A DNA stretch of 64,000 nucleotides from Giardia intestinalis. Lineage: Eukaryota. Below are positions 10,025 through 19,767 of the stretch, in pieces. Position 1 is the first letter of the stretch; the number at the start of each line of letters is the position of its first letter. The stretch lies in NCBI GenBank assembly GCA_000002435.2, contig CM018793.1; one strand, written 5' to 3'. A model generated the notes under the pieces. The model did no database searches. It was not told the origin of the DNA and worked only from the letters and a program-made list of their open reading frames with translations. The translations under genes were made by a program, and so were the position numbers.

Positions 10025-12319
10025 TCACGAATCGCCAGTAAACTCGTAGCTCCCGCTGCTATTGACAAATATGTCATACTGGATCTTGCAGAATCTGTCC
10101 CAGGGAGTCTTCTCCAGGGCAGCAGTGTTCCAGGAAATGAGGTACGGATCACGCGCTTCAAAGGCCGTTAGCTTACGGAAGTTTATCATCGCATCAAAGA
10201 TGTTCCCCCTTACCTTACACCGTCGTAACTCCTGGAGCGTTACTCCATTCGAAGGAGACTTATTTTCATATGATTTTCCATCCACATACCCCACATCTTC
10301 GAGATCGTGGTCGGCATCAACGAGATAGATTGCGGTAGAAGTGGACTTTATTTGATCTACGAGCTGGCAGAAGATATCTTTACTATCCGGGGCGTCCGTG
10401 CCTGCCAGCTCCACTGCCTCCAGCTGATCGCGGTAGAAGTAGTCAAAGTCATTGAAAGATATTATCCCGTCTGCATCTAGATCACACACTTCAAACCAAA
10501 AGTTTAGCGAGGAATCCAGGTCTCTATTTTCCTCTGCTAGTATAAAGCACACAAAGTCATAGTATGTGAGGAAGTTCTCAGACGTTGCAGGCGCTCCTCC
10601 CTTCTTTCCCTTACCCAGGCCTTTCTTGCTCTTCTTCTCCTCCTGCTCAATAATGGCAGATTGCGGAATGTTCATAGTTATCTTGTCGTCCAAAATAGCA
10701 GAGGCTGTCAAGAACCTTCTACACGATCTTCTTCTATCTATCAAGAGATTGAAGGCCCGCTGGGCAGCCCTCTTATTAATAACGTTGCCTCCATATTTGC
10801 AGAATTCTTCCAATGAAATTTTCTGGTCATGATTTTCATCCAGCTCCCAAAACTTGCAATAAATCACGTAGAAGTGCTCGTAAGAAAAAAATCTCTGAAT
10901 CCGATTGATGTCTGCCTCAAACTGCGATAGCCAAAGAGCCTCCAGAAGCACACCATAGCCCGAGCGCACCGTAGTAGTGCCCAAGTTACCTATATGTAGC
11001 TTACAGAGATCGTGGGGAAATAGCACGCCCCGTCCAGCAGAGTCGAGCTCGAAAAGAATCCTGGCCGCCACCGTCTCCGCATACTTCACTTGGAACTGGG
11101 GTGTCTCAGCCAGGAACGAAAGGCCGGGGTGGAGCCGCAGCAAGATCCAAGCGACGCGCTCTAAGTCCTCCAGCGTTATGTAGTTACGATTTGGGAGCCT
11201 CAAAATGTTAAAAAGGCGTTCATGTGTTTGTTTCCCAGCCATTTCTGTGGCAAACCATGTCCGGAGGGTATCGGGCTTAATAGTGTACTTATCCAAGGTC
11301 CCCGTTTCTGGCGAGTACATCTCATTAATACAAGGGCCATACTCTATCATTTCACGGGACATCTGCTGTGGCACAGGGATTGCAGACTTTTTATACAAAT
11401 AGTTATTGTCAGCTGTTGGAGCAGCTCCATCTGTGTGAGGATCCTTGTTAATATTGCTGTAATGCGAGATCATGATCGGTACGGCGCTCCAGACGAGAAA
11501 TCCAGGTATGCCAAGCACGCTTTCGAAAAGGACGTCAGAGATTATGCGGACCTCATCACTGGCTTCTGGCTGAGCCCGGTTAAACTTATGAGCAAGCTCC
11601 ATTCCGGCAGCAACGTTAGGGTACCTGCCCGTCGTGTGAAGGTTAATTCCATTGGGGTATAGTGAAATAATAGACTCTAAAACCTGTTGCTCATGGACGT
11701 CACACTCTGATTTTCGAGAATTCTTCTTAATCCTGTCAATGAGCGCACGCCTCTCGGGTGAATCTGCATCGTCGGCGACTCCTTGCATAGACGTTGCTTT
11801 GCCCTGTCTGGGGTCTGAAGAGGCAGTTCCAGAATTCGCAAGACTGCCAGTGTGCGGAGAAGATGGTGTGCCATCCAACCTTGCGCCATCGAAGGACTTC
11901 GGGGTTGCACGGAGAGAGGGAGTCAAGGGAACCTGCACCTCAGGGAAGTGCTGCCCACCTGCCTTCCGTGCGCGCGGAGACATCATAGTCATGGAAGAAG
12001 GTCCAGAAGAAGCACTGTCCGACAAGCTGAAGCTTAAAACGGTGGCTGAATTCCGCTGAGAAGGAGAGGGAGGGGGTATGGAGGATGTGTCTTCGATGAC
12101 TAGAGTCTCTGGGTTTGATATGTCTGCGCTAAAAGTTGCTGAACTAAAGAACATATTGGTGTAGTTGGTCATTTGGGTAGAGAAACGAGAAAGAATGAGC
12201 TCTTGAGCATATTGACTTACGTCGGCCCCCAGAAGCCCCACAACCAAATCTTGGTCTGCCTGTGACGCTACTTCTGTGGAGTGGGTATCGATGGACAGGG
12301 TCATTCGTTTCGGAGGCAT
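10025..12319 (-). CDS. protein phosphatase 2A regulatory subunit B'' (PR72/TON2 family, EF-hand), 764 aa with long S/T/P-rich N-terminal region
   Basis: Real ATG at 12319 ('cttaaATGcct'). The C-terminal half has two EF-hand loops ('YCKFWELDENHDQKISLEEF', 'CDLDADGIISFNDFDYFYRDQ'). It also has 'FVCFILAEENRDLDSSLNFWFEVCDLD' and 'DPYLISWNTAALEKTPWDRFCKIQY', which parallel the conserved block of plant TON2/FASS and animal PR72 B'' subunits. The N-terminal ~300 aa are low-complexity Ser/Pro-rich. Confidence 0.8.
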   Translation of the reverse strand: MPPKRMTLSIDTHSTEVASQADQDLVVGLLGADVSQYAQELILSRFSTQMTNYTNMFFSSATFSADISNPETLVIEDTSSIPPPSPSQRNSATVLSFSLSDSASSGPSSMTMMSPRARKAGGQHFPEVQVPLTPSLRATPKSFDGARLDGTPSSPHTGSLANSGTASSDPRQGKATSMQGVADDADSPERRALIDRIKKNSRKSECDVHEQQVLESIISLYPNGINLHTTGRYPNVAAGMELAHKFNRAQPEASDEVRIISDVLFESVLGIPGFLVWSAVPIMISHYSNINKDPHTDGAAPTADNNYLYKKSAIPVPQQMSREMIEYGPCINEMYSPETGTLDKYTIKPDTLRTWFATEMAGKQTHERLFNILRLPNRNYITLEDLERVAWILLRLHPGLSFLAETPQFQVKYAETVAARILFELDSAGRGVLFPHDLCKLHIGNLGTTTVRSGYGVLLEALWLSQFEADINRIQRFFSYEHFYVIYCKFWELDENHDQKISLEEFCKYGGNVINKRAAQRAFNLLIDRRRSCRRFLTASAILDDKITMNIPQSAIIEQEEKKSKKGLGKGKKGGAPATSENFLTYYDFVCFILAEENRDLDSSLNFWFEVCDLDADGIISFNDFDYFYRDQLEAVELAGTDAPDSKDIFCQLVDQIKSTSTAIYLVDADHDLEDVGYVDGKSYENKSPSNGVTLQELRRCKVRGNIFDAMINFRKLTAFEARDPYLISWNTAALEKTPWDRFCKIQYDIFVNSSGSYEFTGDS

Positions 12320-12447
12320 TTAAGGACAAAAACTTTTTATCATTATAGGCATATGAAATTTACACTTACATAAGCGGCCAGGCATATGATTGTTAGAAGG
12401 CAGTGCACTGGAGAACGGGCCAGGCAAACTAGCAAACTAGTAAACCC

Positions 12448-13017
12448 TTATAGACTATTGGTAGATGAACCTGGAGCAAAGTTGGGAATGCGGTTCTTGA
12501 TCACGCTGCGAAGCTCGTTCACCTGCGCCTGTAATCGGATGTTTTGCTCACGAAGTAGTGCGTATCGCTTGGCAATGTCTTCTTGGATTTCCGCCTGTGT
12601 GGCACTCTCCACTGGCAGGGAGATGATATCAATGTACTTGAAGCCCTTGAAGTTCTCTATTATGTCTACCTTGCCCGTCAGGCCGTCGGCTCCAACAAAA
12701 AAGATGGCTATGTATTGTTTTTGCTCCCGTTGCACCGTTGTGAGGAGCTTAGCTAGATGAGAGGGGAAATCTGCATACGTGACCATGAGGTTCTGCTCTC
12801 TCCTCATTTCCTCATAATTTGCTCTATCGATGACGGCAGAAAAGTTGAAGTATATGTCCTGCTCGCTGCTCAGCTTCAAGACGCATGCAGATGGGGTTGA
12901 GATGACGCGGAAAAGTAGGTTTTCATTGAGGCCTTGCTCAGATGGCGCCTCAAGCTTGCGCAGCTGACACGTTACCTCCTTTGCAAATACCACCTTTTCC
13001 GCCGTCGGCTCGGTCAT
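12448..13017 (-). CDS. SAS-6-like (SAS6L-type) protein: SAS-6 head (PISA-motif) domain plus short coiled coil, 189 aa
   Basis: Track ORF starts at a GTG (13050). The first ATG is at 13017 ('ctaaaaATGacc'). 'LSSEQDIYFNFSAVIDRANYEEMRREQNLMVTYADFPSHLAKLL' aligns residue by residue with the SAS-6 PISA motif (...DPFFLY.L.ISEEDFQ.LK.QQ.LLVDF..FP...I.LL). 'ENFKGFKYIDIISL' parallels SAS-6 'ETNPFKHLTHLSL'. It ends in a ~45-aa coiled coil only, the architecture of SAS6L rather than full-length SAS-6. Confidence 0.55.
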   Translation of the reverse strand: MTEPTAEKVVFAKEVTCQLRKLEAPSEQGLNENLLFRVISTPSACVLKLSSEQDIYFNFSAVIDRANYEEMRREQNLMVTYADFPSHLAKLLTTVQREQKQYIAIFFVGADGLTGKVDIIENFKGFKYIDIISLPVESATQAEIQEDIAKRYALLREQNIRLQAQVNELRSVIKNRIPNFAPGSSTNSL

Positions 13018-13070
13018 TTTTAGACAAAAGCTAAATTTACTTTTTTGCACAACCCCTTCTTCTCTGGACG
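13018..13070. promoter_or_regulatory. 53-bp bidirectional promoter region between the SAS6L-like gene (-) and a hypothetical gene (+)
   Basis: 'ttttagacaaaagctaaatttacttttttgcacaac...' lies between ATG(-) at 13017 and ATG(+) at 13071. Confidence 0.45.
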
Positions 13071-14210
13071 ATGGAGATAGATATTGCCTCTCACATCGCG
13101 TTGGTGGAGAAGATAGGGAAGACCACGATCTCTACCCCCATCAAACGCATCATATCCTACTCTATCGTTATTTTGATGAGGGACTATCGTCTAACCTCTG
13201 TTAAGCTTGTGGCTGTCATCAAGGCTCTCAACCAAAAGGAGTACGTTATTCTTCAGGCCGAGAGGGCATTCTTTGTAACGCAAGACGGGCACTCGTGGTC
13301 ACCGCTTCCCGTGCTAAATACTGAGGAGTCGCTCATACTCCACGCAATAGGCTATGGGATATTCTCACTCCATCCGTTTACAGGAGATCCCGCAGTTCAG
13401 TTATATAATAACTTGACTGAGAACCATCGCCTCTCTAATTTAATCTACTACGTGGAGTCCATCTCTCCCTACCCGCAGAATGCGCTCAAGCAGGCCCAGC
13501 GCTTTGCAGGGCTTTCCTCTGCCGAAGCAGAAGACTTCTCCAGCTATGAGGTTGCGCCTATAGACGACCACCAGCGACCAGACTTCAGCACAGTCAATTA
13601 TGATATGCTGAACGCATTACAGCAAGAGCATATGGATGATTGCCCGATCTCCTTTGCGGAACTGCAAAAATTCCAATTTTCCTCTGCCATTTTGAGTTCG
13701 AAAGAGGAGAACGGAGGCGTCACCAACTTTCACAAGCCCCTGCGATCAGAGGACTGGACAATAACATCGGACCCGTACAGGCGCCTTACTACCCTATCTC
13801 ACAAGTACTGGACCGGCCTCCATTCATTCCTTTACTGGAAGTCTCGTGTGTACGGATGGTTCTATTCTCCTCCTCTTGGTGCAAACTCTGCCCTATATAG
13901 GTTGCCGGACTTCATATTTATGCATGTCAAGCCCGGATTTATTTCAAAGGAGGACCTGGAGGAGCAGAGATCAAAAGCAGAACTCAAAGCAAAGTTCAAG
14001 GACGAAGAAGACCGAATACTGGCAAGTCGTGCCAGCAAGAAGGCTGCCCGCATAGAGGCACGTCGCAATGCAGAAGAACAAATCCGCCTAAGGCTTGAGC
14101 GCCGCGAGCAACGCAGACTCGAACGAGAGGCAGCCGAGGAGGCCGCACGTAAGGCAGCCGAAGAAGCCGAAGAGGCCGAAGATGGTGAAGAAAATGGTGA
14201 AGCGGAATAA
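13071..14210 (+). CDS. hypothetical protein (379 aa) with C-terminal E/R/K/A-rich charged helix
   Basis: ATG at 13071 and clean ORF. The C-terminal ~90 aa are a charged 'ERREQRRLEREAAEEAARKAAEEAEEAEDGEENGEAE' tail. No recognisable catalytic motif. Confidence 0.5.
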   Translation: MEIDIASHIALVEKIGKTTISTPIKRIISYSIVILMRDYRLTSVKLVAVIKALNQKEYVILQAERAFFVTQDGHSWSPLPVLNTEESLILHAIGYGIFSLHPFTGDPAVQLYNNLTENHRLSNLIYYVESISPYPQNALKQAQRFAGLSSAEAEDFSSYEVAPIDDHQRPDFSTVNYDMLNALQQEHMDDCPISFAELQKFQFSSAILSSKEENGGVTNFHKPLRSEDWTITSDPYRRLTTLSHKYWTGLHSFLYWKSRVYGWFYSPPLGANSALYRLPDFIFMHVKPGFISKEDLEEQRSKAELKAKFKDEEDRILASRASKKAARIEARRNAEEQIRLRLERREQRRLEREAAEEAARKAAEEAEEAEDGEENGEAE

Positions 14211-14211
14211 A

Positions 14212-15564
14212 CTAGTGCTTGTGGTTCTTTCCAGTGCGTCTCTGGTGCCGGAGACCAGCAGCTATGCCTGCCATGGGAGGCACACCCCCGTCTGAGTTGG
14301 GGTTGGTGTATCCAATGCTGCGAGCGGTTCTCTCTGCATGTCTAATAGCCTCCTCCACCTGCGAACGCAGCCCCGCTGCTTCACTGAAATCTGGGGTGTA
14401 AGGCTCCATTCTTATTCCAAGCATTGCCTCTATTCGTTTGAAGTTCACAACGTCGTACTGTGTCACGATCGTGAGCGCGGTTCCTCGCCGCCCCGCGCGC
14501 GCAGTACGGCCCGCTCTGTGCACATAATCTCTGGATGCCACTGGCAGGTCATAATTAATAACCAAATCGACGTTCGGTATGTCTATTCCGCGCCCGGCCA
14601 CGTCGGAGGCGAGCAGGATCTTGTGCTCCCCCTGGCGAAAGCGGTTAAGCTCCTCGAGACGCTTGTCCTGTCCCATACTGCCATGAACAACCCCGACTTC
14701 GAAACCCAGAGTGGTGAGCATTAAGGCCAGCTTTGTGACTGTGGATATCTTGGTGGCGAAAACCATGATTTGGCAAGCAGCGTGATTGTTAAGAAGAACT
14801 ACTAGCCCTAGCTGCTTTTCAGCGTGAGGCAGGACTACCATCTTGTGTGACAGGAGCTCGTTATCGACAACGGCTAGTTGGGTATTTGTACTACCATCCA
14901 CATCCGATGCAGCCTTCGTGAGAACTCCCACCTGAATGTGCACCAAGCGCGATCGGTCTGTACACTCGTTCTGCAGGGCCTGAACGGCTGATGGAAAGGT
15001 GGCAGAAAAGAGAAACGTCCGACGTCTCTGGGGGCAGTCCTTCGCAAGATTCAAAACAGCTCTTCCCATGTCCTGCTCCAGCATTTTATCGGCCTCGTCA
15101 ATGATCAAGAACCGCAAGCTTTTAAGTGAAAACCCCTCTGTGGTCGCCAGGTGATCAACTAAGCGCCCAGGAGTGCAGATTAAAACGTGTGGCTGCTGTG
15201 CAAGTGTTTTTCTCTGCTGCATTAGGTCAACACCCCCAATAACAAGGCCGGTTCGAAGACCGAAGTCCTTTCCAAGATCACGAAAGACAGAGAACGTTTG
15301 AACAGCTAGTTCCCGCGTAGGAGACAAGACCACCGTGTGAACGCCCTTTACGTTGGTTCCACGCTCAAGTAAGTCTTGAAGGGCTGGGATGGCGAACGCT
15401 CCCGTCTTGCCGCTTCCCGTTTCTGCCACCCCGACAACGTCGCAGGCCTTGTTGTGGGAGACAACGGTGAGCATCTCCTTCTGTATTGCTGTGGGTTCAA
15501 GCCAACCGATTCTTTCCAAGGCGTCCAGAAGCTCCGGACAGACGCCCAGGTCGCGAAAAAGCAT
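14212..15564 (-). CDS. DEAD-box ATP-dependent RNA helicase (DDX47/Rrp3- or DDX49/Dbp8-like), 450 aa
   Basis: ATG at 15564 ('tattataaATGctt'). Q-motif 'FRDLGVCPELLDALERIGWLEPTAIQ', motif I 'AETGSGKT', 'PTRELA', motif II 'DEAD' (LIIDEADKML), 'SAT', 'HRAGRTARAGRRG'. Confidence 0.9.
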   Translation of the reverse strand: MLFRDLGVCPELLDALERIGWLEPTAIQKEMLTVVSHNKACDVVGVAETGSGKTGAFAIPALQDLLERGTNVKGVHTVVLSPTRELAVQTFSVFRDLGKDFGLRTGLVIGGVDLMQQRKTLAQQPHVLICTPGRLVDHLATTEGFSLKSLRFLIIDEADKMLEQDMGRAVLNLAKDCPQRRRTFLFSATFPSAVQALQNECTDRSRLVHIQVGVLTKAASDVDGSTNTQLAVVDNELLSHKMVVLPHAEKQLGLVVLLNNHAACQIMVFATKISTVTKLALMLTTLGFEVGVVHGSMGQDKRLEELNRFRQGEHKILLASDVAGRGIDIPNVDLVINYDLPVASRDYVHRAGRTARAGRRGTALTIVTQYDVVNFKRIEAMLGIRMEPYTPDFSEAAGLRSQVEEAIRHAERTARSIGYTNPNSDGGVPPMAGIAAGLRHQRRTGKNHKH

Positions 15565-15731
15565 TTATAATATTTCAAAGACGAAGGAACCAGCGTCAAT
15601 TGGAGCGATAGGCACAGCCTGACCATCGGCAGCAGGCCCACAGCATTAGTACAATGGCAGAGCATAGCATAGCCGAAAGACACTGCACAATTGAGTCCGA
15701 TAAACTTAATCCGACCTATGAACGATAAAAA

Positions 15732-16778
15732 ATGCACCCCCCTGGGTTGCTGGACGAGCCCTGTAATCTCACTGTGAATCATTTCACGAACCAGGCGCCA
15801 TGCACCCGTATGGGACAACAATATAAAACGCTTATTCTGACGCTTTCACACATCCCAAAGGACACCTACTCCAGTGAGCCCCTCAGTATCGAATTCATGA
15901 TGGGGCAAAGAGAGGTGGACTCTGTGACACAGGTAATTGAAAAAAGGATGGAAGCAGCAGCTAATCCGAGCTCAACAAGGCAGTATCCTAGCTATCATGT
16001 GTCTCAGAAGCAACGTTTCAGCGGCATGAAGCCGTGCATAGAGCAACTCAACAAGAACTTCATGTCTTCATACTACGCGGAACAGTGTGCCAGCATTCGT
16101 GCCCAGGACCATGGAGAGTTCCTGAAATATATGAGCAAACAGTTGAGCGGGAAACAAGACAAGGTACACCGGCGCATACGAAGGCTTCTGGAGATCGAGC
16201 GGGGTCAGACCCTCCTTGGGGAGTTCATTGAAGAAGCTTCCCGGTTCCCGTTCGTTGCCAACGAGGCTCTGATTGTCAATCTTAAGAGCATCCTCCAGCC
16301 GGATAGCTTTGCGTTTCCGCTTTTTCTACAAGTTAGTGAAGCTGTTCAGAGCAGAATGTGTGCACAGATTTTAGAGTTCATGCGCTCATTCTTCTTTCAG
16401 ACAATGGACCTGTCCTGGCTTCTTAATTTGGAGGACTCTATATTTGTTAAGGTAATTTTGTCAAAATTTAATAAGATTGCAGCAGAGATGATTGTGCTTT
16501 CTGTGCAGAAGTCTGCTCCCGAAGCGCTGATGATTCACGGTAGGCTAATGGAGGTCTTAAAATCCCTTTCTCCAGAGCAGTGTACAAGCTACCACACGCA
16601 AAGATTTCTCCTCCTCCTTCTTAGATCACTATCTGCCGAGTCGTCTGCCGAGGCGCGTAAATGCACTAAGGCAATTGCATCGTTTTGGCTTGATCAGCCC
16701 TACAGTACTCGCGCATCCCATCAATATCTTGAAAGCATAGACCTTGATGAGATCGTGAGGGGAGTATGCGATTCGTGA
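15732..16778 (+). CDS. hypothetical protein (348 aa), alpha-helical
   Basis: ATG at 15732 in 'gataaaaaATGcac' context. Long ORF with coding-like composition. No motif recognised. Confidence 0.5.
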   Translation: MHPPGLLDEPCNLTVNHFTNQAPCTRMGQQYKTLILTLSHIPKDTYSSEPLSIEFMMGQREVDSVTQVIEKRMEAAANPSSTRQYPSYHVSQKQRFSGMKPCIEQLNKNFMSSYYAEQCASIRAQDHGEFLKYMSKQLSGKQDKVHRRIRRLLEIERGQTLLGEFIEEASRFPFVANEALIVNLKSILQPDSFAFPLFLQVSEAVQSRMCAQILEFMRSFFFQTMDLSWLLNLEDSIFVKVILSKFNKIAAEMIVLSVQKSAPEALMIHGRLMEVLKSLSPEQCTSYHTQRFLLLLLRSLSAESSAEARKCTKAIASFWLDQPYSTRASHQYLESIDLDEIVRGVCDS

Positions 16779-16872
16779 TGCTGGGGCCACCTGTGCATGT
16801 GTGGCAGCCAAGTAAAAGGTAATTTGACAAAAATTTGTGAAAAATTTACTAGAATAAAAACACAAAAAGTGG

Positions 16873-18255
16873 ATGCCGCCCAAGTTCCCGCGTCCCGACG
16901 ATCCTGTCCTCAGGAAGTACCTGGATACGAAAAATATAGACAATGTGATTTTCGACCTCTATAAGCAGGTCTGCAAAGACCGCCCCGACGACGTTCTAAG
17001 CTATTTGATCCACAAATTCGCATCGTACTCTCCTCTCGCCGCTGCCGTGCTGCAGAATCCAGATTCCTACATGGGCTCCAAAGCAAAGGTCACACGATTT
17101 GAGCAGCCGCTTCCTCCCCCAATGGAAGTTCCCAGCGATGAGACCCCAATCAAAAAAATCACTCCAAGCGTACCCTTCAAGCCTGTTGTTATGGAACCCA
17201 CCGGGAGCGCTAATTCAGCTAGTATAGAAAACTTCCAGTTAATAAACACCACCGACGGCCCTTCTGTTTCTTCCGCTGATCACAATTTTTCTATTGCCCC
17301 TGATTATAATCTGCATCTGGCCACCCCAAGCGAACAGGGCCGTGGTTCTCCTTCGAATCTAACAGCCCGTCAGAGGCGTGGGCGCCGCGCAGCCATTGCA
17401 GCTCCAGCAGAAAACCGCGAAATAGACCTGCCGGTTTTGGAGAAAACCCCCGAGGAGACTGCTCTTATTCTCAAGGCCTTGAATAGCAGCGCCCTGACAG
17501 AAACCTATAGCAGAGATGTTAAGCAGGCTCTTGCAAGCGTTCTGAAGCTCATAGATTGCCCCATGGGGACGGTGCTGATAAAGCAGGGAGACCCTGGAGA
17601 CTACTTCTACATCATGAAAACGGGGCACTGTAACATTTACAAGACCGAGAATGTTCCGCCGGAGACGGTCTCCGTCCCAGACAACACTCTAGACCCCGCT
17701 GAGTGCGTCCAGAAGCTTGGCCCACAAGTCAATGAGGTTCTGCCGGGGGTGGGCGTCGGAGACCTTGCGCTGCTCTATGGTGCACCTAGGGCTGCGACCG
17801 TCATCACGACTGTCGAATCCTCATTCTGGGCCATCCACGGCACAGACTTCAGGATTTTCATCCGCATGCAGCGCGAAGCTGAGATACAACGTTATATCGG
17901 ATTTCTCAGACACGTTGAGGTCCTGAAGCAGCTACGAGAGAACGAGCTATTCGCCTTAGCACAGGCCTGCACCCCAGAGTACTATATAGATGGTCAAGAC
18001 ATTGTCACCCAAGGAGATGAGGGCAACACGTTTTACTTCATTGAGGACGGCAGAGTTGACGTTATCGTTTCTGACCATAAAGTCGCAGAGTTGAGTTCTA
18101 ATAGTTACTTCGGTGAGGCTGCACTACTAAACAATGCACCCAGAAATGCGACCTGCCGCAGCGTGGGAGAAACAAAGGTTGCCGCCCTTGACCGCGAAAG
18201 CTTTGACAACCTTCTAGGTCCTCTCAAGTCCATTCTTGAGCGGCCTAAAGCGTGA
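16873..18255 (+). CDS. cAMP-dependent protein kinase regulatory subunit (type I-like pseudosubstrate), 460 aa
   Basis: N-terminal dimerisation/docking helix (YLDTKNIDNVIFDLYKQV...VLSYLIHKF). Pseudosubstrate 'RRGRRAAI'. Two cyclic-nucleotide-binding domains with 'GDLALLYGAPRAATVIT' and 'YFGEAALLNNAPRNATCRS' (the FGELAL...PRAATV signatures). Confidence 0.9.
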   Translation: MPPKFPRPDDPVLRKYLDTKNIDNVIFDLYKQVCKDRPDDVLSYLIHKFASYSPLAAAVLQNPDSYMGSKAKVTRFEQPLPPPMEVPSDETPIKKITPSVPFKPVVMEPTGSANSASIENFQLINTTDGPSVSSADHNFSIAPDYNLHLATPSEQGRGSPSNLTARQRRGRRAAIAAPAENREIDLPVLEKTPEETALILKALNSSALTETYSRDVKQALASVLKLIDCPMGTVLIKQGDPGDYFYIMKTGHCNIYKTENVPPETVSVPDNTLDPAECVQKLGPQVNEVLPGVGVGDLALLYGAPRAATVITTVESSFWAIHGTDFRIFIRMQREAEIQRYIGFLRHVEVLKQLRENELFALAQACTPEYYIDGQDIVTQGDEGNTFYFIEDGRVDVIVSDHKVAELSSNSYFGEAALLNNAPRNATCRSVGETKVAALDRESFDNLLGPLKSILERPKA

Positions 18256-18309
18256 TGTCTGCAAACTTTTATAAATGGCTAATTTTATTTTTGGAGAGGA
18301 CCGGCAAAC

Positions 18310-19422
18310 ATGAGCGATGACGAGACAGCGTTCCCCCCAGAGTTTGAGCTCCAGCTGGGGAAGGCCCTTGACATTCCCGGAGAAAAGGGGGAGGAGGGGA
18401 TTCAGGTGGTGCCCGAGAAGGTCATAGGGAAGGGAAGCTTTGGGGTTGTTTACTTAGTAAAGTCATTGAAGGGAAACACTCCTCTCGCCCTTAAGCTAGT
18501 CTTACAAGATAGGCGGTATAAGAACAGGGAATTCCAAATTATGAGGACCCTTGTTCATCCGTGCATTTGCAGATTAGTGAAAGGCACCTTTATACCGTCC
18601 ATTTCGTCGCCCGATGATCTAATTCTTTACCTTCTCATGGACTATTACCCCGAAACTATTCATTCTATCTACCGTCAATACTCGCGACTCCGCCAACACG
18701 TTCCCCTTCTCATAGTTCGGCTCATTACATATCAGTTGGCACGCTCTCTCGCATACCTCCACTACCACAACATCGCACACAGAGACTGCAAACCAACGAA
18801 TGTTCTCATTGATCCCTTGACGTACAGGTGTGTCCTGTGCGACTTCGGCTCCGCCAAGCAGCTGGTGCCCCAAGAAAACAACGTAGCGTACATATGCAGT
18901 CGCTTCTATCGGGCTCCCGAGCTGGTTATTGGCAACCAGAACTATACCTGCGCGATCGACATCTGGTCCTTCGGCTGCATCATGGCAGAAATTCTCCTCG
19001 GCCAGCCCCTTTTCCCTGGTGACTCTTCCATAGACCAGCTAGTAGAAATAGTACGCGTCCTTGGCAGCCCAACAGCCGAAGAGTTCTTAGCTATGAACCC
19101 CACATTGAAGAGCGTGAAGTTCAAGGACGTCAAGCGATATCCCTTCTCCAAGATCTTTAGAAGCAAGGCCCATACAGACGCGGTTGATTTACTAACGAAG
19201 GTTCTAGTCTACGATCCAAAGAAGCGCCCCACGGCAATGGAAATCCTCGCGCATCCTTTCTACGACATCTTGCGCGATCCAGACACGCTGCTTCCCAATG
19301 GTGAGCGGCTTCCAGCATTCCTCTTCGAGTTCACAGAGGAGGAAAGGAAGGCAGCGGGCCCTGAGCTTATGGCCGTTCTAACAAAGAACAGAGAACAGTT
19401 CAACATCTTGTCAAGCCACTGA
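18310..19422 (+). CDS. glycogen synthase kinase-3 family Ser/Thr protein kinase, 370 aa
   Basis: 'VIGKGSFGVVYL', 'ALKLVLQDRRYKNREFQIMRTL', 'HRDCKPTNVLID', 'DFGSAK', 'YICSRFYRAPELVIG', 'SIDQLVEIVRVLGSPT' all match GSK-3/shaggy signatures. The gene starts 54 bp after the PKA-R stop. Confidence 0.9.
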   Translation: MSDDETAFPPEFELQLGKALDIPGEKGEEGIQVVPEKVIGKGSFGVVYLVKSLKGNTPLALKLVLQDRRYKNREFQIMRTLVHPCICRLVKGTFIPSISSPDDLILYLLMDYYPETIHSIYRQYSRLRQHVPLLIVRLITYQLARSLAYLHYHNIAHRDCKPTNVLIDPLTYRCVLCDFGSAKQLVPQENNVAYICSRFYRAPELVIGNQNYTCAIDIWSFGCIMAEILLGQPLFPGDSSIDQLVEIVRVLGSPTAEEFLAMNPTLKSVKFKDVKRYPFSKIFRSKAHTDAVDLLTKVLVYDPKKRPTAMEILAHPFYDILRDPDTLLPNGERLPAFLFEFTEEERKAAGPELMAVLTKNREQFNILSSH

Positions 19423-19767
19423 GTACAGCTGCAGAAGTGTGTAGAAACCTAGATACAAGCAACATAAAAAGACCAACCATCCTGTAAGCGTCAACCGGGT
19501 GTTAGTAAATCGCCTCTAAGGGCCCCTGCTCCTGCTTCTACCTCTACTTCTCCGCCGCCTTGGCGTCTGTTGGGCACGGCGTTCGGGGCACAGACGGAGA
19601 TCTGAAGTTCACTGGAACTGTCCCTATGTCCTGCTGGGGTGTGTGGGGGGCATCTGATGACTGCTTCACGCGATCAATAGGATTTACCATTTTTGATTTT
19701 CAAATCCGGATCCAGGGTGGAATCGGTGCAAAACTCAGAGACAGACATCAATTTACTGCGAAATCAA

